Translations under genes and position numbers: made by a program
The notes under the pieces: generated by a model
Told to the model about the DNA's origin: nothing
What the model saw: only the letters and a program-made list of their open reading frames with translations
Database searches by the model: none
Shown: positions 59,529-64,000 of the stretch, piece by piece
How positions within the stretch are numbered: position 1 is the first letter of the stretch
Layout: every line of letters starts with the position of its first letter
Assembly: GCA_902521995.1 (NCBI GenBank)
Contig: CABYTO010000003.1
Span: 44,475 to 108,474 of the forward strand
Length of the DNA: 64,000 bases
DNA from: an uncultured Prochlorococcus sp.
GTDB taxonomy: Bacteria > Cyanobacteriota > Cyanobacteriia > PCC-6307 > Cyanobiaceae
Reading direction: 5' to 3'

Positions 59529-59680
59529 AAGCTATTAATTAATAGTTTATTAGTAATATAATAGTAATTTAAAATTGTCTTTTCAATTAAATCTGATAAT
59601 TATTAAAAGGAAATTAAATTTCAATTTATTAATAATTAAAAGTATTGCGATAAGTTCAGTAATAATAGTCAGAGATTTAT

Positions 59681-59914
59681 TTGACTACGAATATGTACGA
59701 ATCATTGATGACATTGCTATTTTTTCCTGATTGGACAAATGGATTACCTTCAGATTTCTTAATTCTTCATTTTTTTGTAGGAGCTGTGATTTTCCCATTC
59801 AATATGATTCATGCTAAAGCAAGAAAAATTGACAGTCAAAACCCACAGGAAGCCGCTAATGGTTATAAAAATTCAGATAATGCGACATTTTTTGGATACG
59901 AGGAAATCAATTAG
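59681..59914 (+). CDS. hypothetical membrane protein (77 aa)
   Basis: Track ORF with a TTG start. Confidence 0.3.
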   Translation: MTTNMYESLMTLLFFPDWTNGLPSDFLILHFFVGAVIFPFNMIHAKARKIDSQNPQEAANGYKNSDNATFFGYEEIN

Positions 59915-59947
59915 ATTTCCATAAAATTTATTCAAGGAATTAGTTTA

Positions 59948-60175
59948 TTGATGATAATTTCCCTAAATACAGCTTTAGATCTTAAAATATTCAGTCCCAG
60001 TGAACCTATAGGAATATTCATAATTTTTGTAGGATTAATATTTACTGGCATGATTTTCTATATTATTTATGCTGTAAGTACTAATAAAGAATCCTTAGAA
60101 GACAAAAAAATAAGAAATAAAAAGGAGTACTTGCAAAAGGAGAAAATAGGAAAATTATTTCCTAAGAAAAAATAA
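59948..60175 (+). CDS. hypothetical membrane protein (75 aa)
   Basis: Track ORF with one TM helix and a Lys-rich tail. Confidence 0.35.
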   Translation: MMIISLNTALDLKIFSPSEPIGIFIIFVGLIFTGMIFYIIYAVSTNKESLEDKKIRNKKEYLQKEKIGKLFPKKK

Positions 60176-60399
60176 ATTTAATTGCTTTATTACTATAAAG
60201 ATAATTATTTATATTATTGATTATTAAATCAGTAGGATCTAAAAACATTAGTTTTAGTTCTCTTAAATCAAACATTTTCTAAAAATTTAACTATAACAAC
60301 AAAATTTTTTTTGCGAGGACTTCATATTGTTAATTGCACAGCTAAATTATTTTCATATCAAGCAAAAAATGTTAAAAATAGAAAAAATAATTTGAAATC

Positions 60400-60903
60400 T
60401 TGGAGAATTCACCTCAATATCTATTTCTTGCTAGTGGAGTGAATAATGGAGAAGGGTTTTGGATTGTGGGCATAAAAAATTGCGATGATAATATCCTTGA
60501 GGATGAAAATCTTTTAGATTGCCATAGAAAAGAATTAATAGGTACTGAATCAGCAAAAGATATTCTTTTAGCAATTAATTTAAACGTAAATAATTTATTA
60601 AATGAACTAAGAAACAAAAAATATTTAATTGCAATACCTTCAATGGGGATTCCATTTGATATCCCTTTAGAAATCTTGGAAAATATTTTTGATTTTTGGT
60701 TAGATATTTATAAAAATCATGAAGCCTGGGAAGCTTGTTTAGGACTTCTTAAAGTTAGAAAAAGGATTCCCCTAACAAACCTAATTGAAAGCGACAGTTT
60801 AAAGGGAAACTCTAAAAAATGGGCTATAAAAATTGAAGCTTTACATACTTATGTTCCTTCTTCACTTAAAAATGAAAAATTAAATAACCCCATGTGGGAA
60901 TAA
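60400..60903 (+). CDS. hypothetical protein (167 aa), first gene of a four-gene cluster
   Basis: Track ORF with a TTG start. No motif recognised. Confidence 0.45.
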   Translation: MENSPQYLFLASGVNNGEGFWIVGIKNCDDNILEDENLLDCHRKELIGTESAKDILLAINLNVNNLLNELRNKKYLIAIPSMGIPFDIPLEILENIFDFWLDIYKNHEAWEACLGLLKVRKRIPLTNLIESDSLKGNSKKWAIKIEALHTYVPSSLKNEKLNNPMWE

Positions 60904-61163
60904 TTTTATCTTTAAATAATAAAATTATTTACTTCGTTAGATATTTAAGTAAAAATAAAATAGCTAATAATTTAAAAATGAATAAACCATATTCTTTTAG
61001 TACCGATCAAATGAACGGGATAGTTGAGGATACATATGCCAAGATAATAAATGAATGTGAAAATTTAAAAAAAAATACTAATTGTCCAAATGAGCAAGTA
61101 GTAGCACTTTTAAGTGTAATTGCTTCAAATTACGCTACTACAACAGAAAAATACGAAAATTAA
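60894..61163 (+). CDS. hypothetical protein (89 aa, or 61 aa from the ATG at 60978)
   Basis: Track ORF. It overlaps the previous gene by 10 nt and ends 1 nt before the PRTase ATG. Confidence 0.35.
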   Translation: MGIILSLNNKIIYFVRYLSKNKIANNLKMNKPYSFSTDQMNGIVEDTYAKIINECENLKKNTNCPNEQVVALLSVIASNYATTTEKYEN

Positions 61164-61164
61164 A

Positions 61165-61560
61165 ATGATAAGTTATTTTACTTGGAGCGAATTTGATAAG
61201 AGCGTAGAACAAATAGCTAATAAATGTAGGTTTAAGGAATTTTCTGGAATATATGGAGTTCCTCGTGGAGGATTATGTCTTGCTGTAGCACTAAGCCATA
61301 AATTAAAAATTGAATTAATTTCAGAACCAATAAAGAATTCACTAATTGTAGATGATGTTTATGAAACAGGGATTACATTGACGACCTTCAAGAATATTGA
61401 AGGAGCAATGTTTTTTGTATTATTTAGTAAAATCAAACCTATATGGTGGAATACAGTACACATAACAAAAAAAAGTCAATGGATTGTTTTCCCTTGGGAA
61501 AATACTTTAAATTCAAAAAGTGACCGGGAAGATTACATCAAAAAAAGAGGTTTAAGTTGA
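61165..61560 (+). CDS. small type-I phosphoribosyltransferase-fold protein
   Basis: PRPP-binding loop SLIVDDVYETGITL preceded by GVPRGGLCLAVALS. I use the ATG at 61165. Confidence 0.7.
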   Translation: MISYFTWSEFDKSVEQIANKCRFKEFSGIYGVPRGGLCLAVALSHKLKIELISEPIKNSLIVDDVYETGITLTTFKNIEGAMFFVLFSKIKPIWWNTVHITKKSQWIVFPWENTLNSKSDREDYIKKRGLS

Positions 61561-62015
61561 GAAAGAAATTATATTTAGCTAATCCATATGGATTTTCAAA
61601 ACAAACTAAAACCCTCTTAAATGAATTTATTGAAATCTTCAATGATTTAAATTTAGAAGTATATGAACCTTTTGAGAGAGCAAAACCATTAACACAACAA
61701 AAAAATCAATGGGCATATGAAGTTGCAAATAGTAATTTCAATGATTTAAAAGAATGTGATTGTATTTTTGCGATTGTTAATGGAAATCCTCCTGATGAAG
61801 GGGTAATGATTGAATTGGGTATCGCAATTGCTTTAAAAAAGGAAATCTTTTTATTCAGGGATGATTTTAGAAATTGTTCTGATAGTGATCAATATCCATT
61901 AAATCTGATGTTATTTCTTGGCCTCCCTAAAGATAATTGGGAAAAATATTATTTTGAATCATTACAAGACATAAAAAGTAATAAAAAAAGATTCATGGAG
62001 TGGGCAAAAAATTAG
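61557..62015 (+). CDS. nucleoside 2-deoxyribosyltransferase-family protein
   Basis: LYLANPYGFS N-terminus and DEGVMIELGIAIA (family Glu). The TTG start overlaps the PRTase stop (TTGA). Confidence 0.75.
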   Translation: MRKKLYLANPYGFSKQTKTLLNEFIEIFNDLNLEVYEPFERAKPLTQQKNQWAYEVANSNFNDLKECDCIFAIVNGNPPDEGVMIELGIAIALKKEIFLFRDDFRNCSDSDQYPLNLMLFLGLPKDNWEKYYFESLQDIKSNKKRFMEWAKN

Positions 62016-62100
62016 CAAAATAAACCATAAACCCTCAATTAGAAGTTTTGAGTTTAAATATATCTTTCTAGGTGCTAGAATAATATTTATTTAGAAAATT

Positions 62101-62277
62101 TTGACACAAGTTACTGTTGGAGAGAACGAGGGAATTGAGTCAGCCCTCAGAAGATTTAAAAGACAAGTATCTAAGTCGGGCATTTTTGCAGATTTAAAAA
62201 GGCTTAGACATCACGAAACGCCTATTGAAAAATATAAAAGAAAGTTACAACAGAGAAGAAAAGCAAGAAGAAGATAG
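62101..62277 (+). CDS. rpsU: 30S ribosomal protein S21
   Basis: Hand-found TTG ORF: [57 protein letters not shown]. Confidence 0.85.
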
Positions 62278-62353
62278 TCTGCTATATATTATAAATTTTT
62301 GAATATTCGTTGATATTACAAATTTTTTTTGAAAGTCTTAAAATATAATTTAT

Positions 62354-62665
62354 CTATTTAAGCTTTTTAAGCTTCTTAACAAGATTTATTCCAACTCCTG
62401 ACACAGCAAGAAGATCTTTTTCATCAGCTGCGATAACTGCCTTTGTTGTTTTAAATCCAGCCTCATACAAAGCTTTTGCGCTTTTTGCTCCAACACCTGG
62501 AAGTGTAGTCAAAGTTTCAATATTTTTCTTAGGATTTACCGTTTTTGTTTTTGTTTTTGTTTTTGCAGACTTTGCTGCTTTTTTTTCTATCTTTAAAGGA
62601 GTTTCAGAAGTTACTGCACTTTTAAATAAAATTGATTTTAGTTTGCTGAGAAATTTAGAAATCAT
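62354..62665 (-). CDS. helix-hairpin-helix DNA-binding protein with a KT-repeat linker
   Basis: LPGVGAKSAKALYEAGF and VSGVGINLVKKL HhH motifs. The KTKTKTKT stretch is encoded by (GTTTTT)4 on the plus strand. Confidence 0.5.
   Translation of the reverse strand: MISKFLSKLKSILFKSAVTSETPLKIEKKAAKSAKTKTKTKTVNPKKNIETLTTLPGVGAKSAKALYEAGFKTTKAVIAADEKDLLAVSGVGINLVKKLKKLK
62541..62564. repeat. (GTTTTT)4 hexanucleotide microsatellite inside a CDS
   Basis: Read directly. It is in-frame and encodes (KT)4 on the minus strand. Confidence 0.8.
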
Positions 62666-62932
62666 TGCAATATAAATATAAAAGTAATAAAATTTGCTAT
62701 TCAGTTTAATATTATCAAATTCCAGAGGAATTAATTACAAGATAAAAAATAACTGTTTAGAAATAATTTATTTACAATTATATAAAGACACACATTTAAT
62801 ATTTTTGCAAGCTTACGAGCCATTGCAAGGTATTTTAAATTATTTTAAAAACTAAAAAGTTAAAATGAATATTCAAAATTCTTAAGGTATTAATAGTAAA
62901 GTTAAAATCTTTTTAAACAACAAATCATAAAA

Positions 62933-63529
62933 ATGAAGCTTATTTTTATAAGTGGACCTTCAGGAAGCGGGAAAACAACTTTATCTAATCAAATAATAAA
63001 AAAAAATAAAAATGGTATTGTGTTAAGTACCGACAATTATTATAAGACCGGTTTAATAACTAAATTAATACCAAAATTTATAGAAGGTTTTTTTGATAGA
63101 AGTATTAGTTTTAATAACAAACTATTTAAAAAAGATTTTGATTTCATTTATAACAATGGAATTTCAATTTGTGATCGTTATTATAATTTCGAAAAGAAAA
63201 CAATTCAAAATATCTTAAACGAAACAAAAAATATAAGTTTTTTAATTGTTGAGGGTATATTTGCTAAAGAATTCTCAAACACTTTAAATAATAAGGATTA
63301 TATTTTTTTAGAAATAAAAACTAAAAAAAATGAGTGCATGAAAAGAGTTGTCCAAAGAGATATAAAAGAAAGGGGGAAGGAAAAAAAACAAGCTGAGAAA
63401 GATTTTTTAAAATCATGGAGCATTTATTATGAAAAATTCAAACCTGATAGCATAAAAAATAATACTAATAAATTCATTATTGAAAAAAACACTGATATAG
63501 ATCACATTCTGAAAAAATTATTTAATTAA
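62933..63529 (+). CDS. P-loop nucleoside/nucleotide kinase (uridine kinase-like)
   Basis: Walker A FISGPSGSGKTTL and IVEGIFA. About 200 aa. Confidence 0.55.
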   Translation: MKLIFISGPSGSGKTTLSNQIIKKNKNGIVLSTDNYYKTGLITKLIPKFIEGFFDRSISFNNKLFKKDFDFIYNNGISICDRYYNFEKKTIQNILNETKNISFLIVEGIFAKEFSNTLNNKDYIFLEIKTKKNECMKRVVQRDIKERGKEKKQAEKDFLKSWSIYYEKFKPDSIKNNTNKFIIEKNTDIDHILKKLFN

Positions 63530-64000
63530 GTCTTTAATTTTTTTCTCTAATATTAAAGCACTTAAAATTGAGCCTTCAATTCTGCCAAATCCATTTCCTT
63601 CAAACCAGTCTCCGCAAAATCCAATTTTAGATTTTTTACTAAATTGCAAAGATAATGGTACGGCAATACCAGAAGGCTGTGAAGCTCTCCATTTCATAAT
63701 AGATATTTTTTCATCAAAAGTTAATTTATTTACTAAAGAATTCTCTTCAAACAATTTATTGAAATTTTTAATTATATTTTGTTTAAAAACTTCTTCATCT
63801 TTTGGACTTATATAAGAATTAATTAACTCTGCGTTTTTTGAATGTACTACAATTCCTAATTTATTATTATCTTGCAGCTGAAAAATAATTCTTTCAAATC
63901 TATATTTTTTTTCTAAATTATTTTTTAAATAAAAATACCTTTGTTTTTTAGAATAATTATCTTTATAACTATAATTTTTATTTGTATAAATTAGAAAAGT
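63518..64000 (-). CDS. NAD(P)/FAD-dependent oxidoreductase, C-terminal part (5' end outside window)
   Basis: Hand check shows the frame open from 63518 to the window edge. The C-terminal FCGDWFEGNGFGRIEGSILSAL is typical of COG3380-type amine-oxidase-fold proteins. Confidence 0.5.
   Translation of the reverse strand, partial: TFLIYTNKNYSYKDNYSKKQRYFYLKNNLEKKYRFERIIFQLQDNNKLGIVVHSKNAELINSYISPKDEEVFKQNIIKNFNKLFEENSLVNKLTFDEKISIMKWRASQPSGIAVPLSLQFSKKSKIGFCGDWFEGNGFGRIEGSILSALILEKKIKDLIK

Noticed and set aside
60400-62015. Reading the PRTase plus NDT-like pair as a retron or another known defence system.
   Set aside because: There is no reverse transcriptase ORF, no msr/msd-like inverted repeats and no associated ATPase or nuclease in the cluster. 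The domains alone are equally consistent with nucleoside salvage.
62541-62564. Checked short tandem repeats, here and elsewhere, for CRISPR-like architecture.
   Set aside because: The repeats are 5-6 nt microsatellites inside CDSs, with no 25-40 nt repeat/spacer periodicity. I noticed no cas-like genes and no CRISPR array anywhere in the window.

Overview
Low-GC (about 30% by eye) cyanobacterial chromosome segment. Its gene content and order look like a high-light-adapted Prochlorococcus marinus-type picocyanobacterium: chlH, acsF, a psb30-like mini-ORF, ycf-type ORFs, very AT-rich spacers and many TTG/GTG starts. All calls come from reading the ORF-track proteins and hand-translating DNA; no database was searched.

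Most of the window is core housekeeping:
- pheT, rpmG-rpsR, an RNB exoribonuclease, metG, cobU, trmL, an elongator-type tRNA(CAU), clpS
- 2-Cys peroxiredoxin, an FtsH paralogue, rpmF, a split UPF0016 pair, a Zam/RNase R-like protein
- acsF, tldD-pmbA-fmt, TerC, mfd, ubiH-like, dapB, chlH, folP, tpiA, an MsbA-like ABC exporter
- carB, rsfS, asparaginase-II-like, initiator tRNA-fMet, an ABC-2 transporter operon, TauE, HNH, rpsU

Things worth a second look:
1. carB is broken by a frameshift inside an A7 run that is also a canonical A_AAA_AAC -1 slippery heptamer.
2. The FtsH paralogue has lost its HEXXH zinc site (NEVGR) and its first transmembrane helix.
3. A Zam-like RNase II/R homologue has degenerate catalytic motifs, while a separate minimal RNB-only enzyme has them intact.
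4. A very AT-rich islet of about 3.8 kb (12.07-15.9 kb), made of mini-ORFs, lies about 0.6 kb downstream of a tRNA (clpS and one ORF lie between). It includes a ribbon-helix-helix-like gene bracketed by three TAGTGTnACACTA palindromes and a stand-alone VKOR-type thioredoxin domain.
5. A GC-enriched gene for a secreted Trp-rich 86-aa protein is surrounded by four copies of a 12-16 nt palindrome, (AG)TCTyATATrAGA(CT).
6. An orphan plus-strand hairpin plus intrinsic terminator at 57.26-57.39 kb suggests an unannotated sRNA.
7. A translationally coupled four-gene cluster ends in a small PRTase and a nucleoside 2-deoxyribosyltransferase.

I saw no CRISPR array, transposase, integrase or rRNA.
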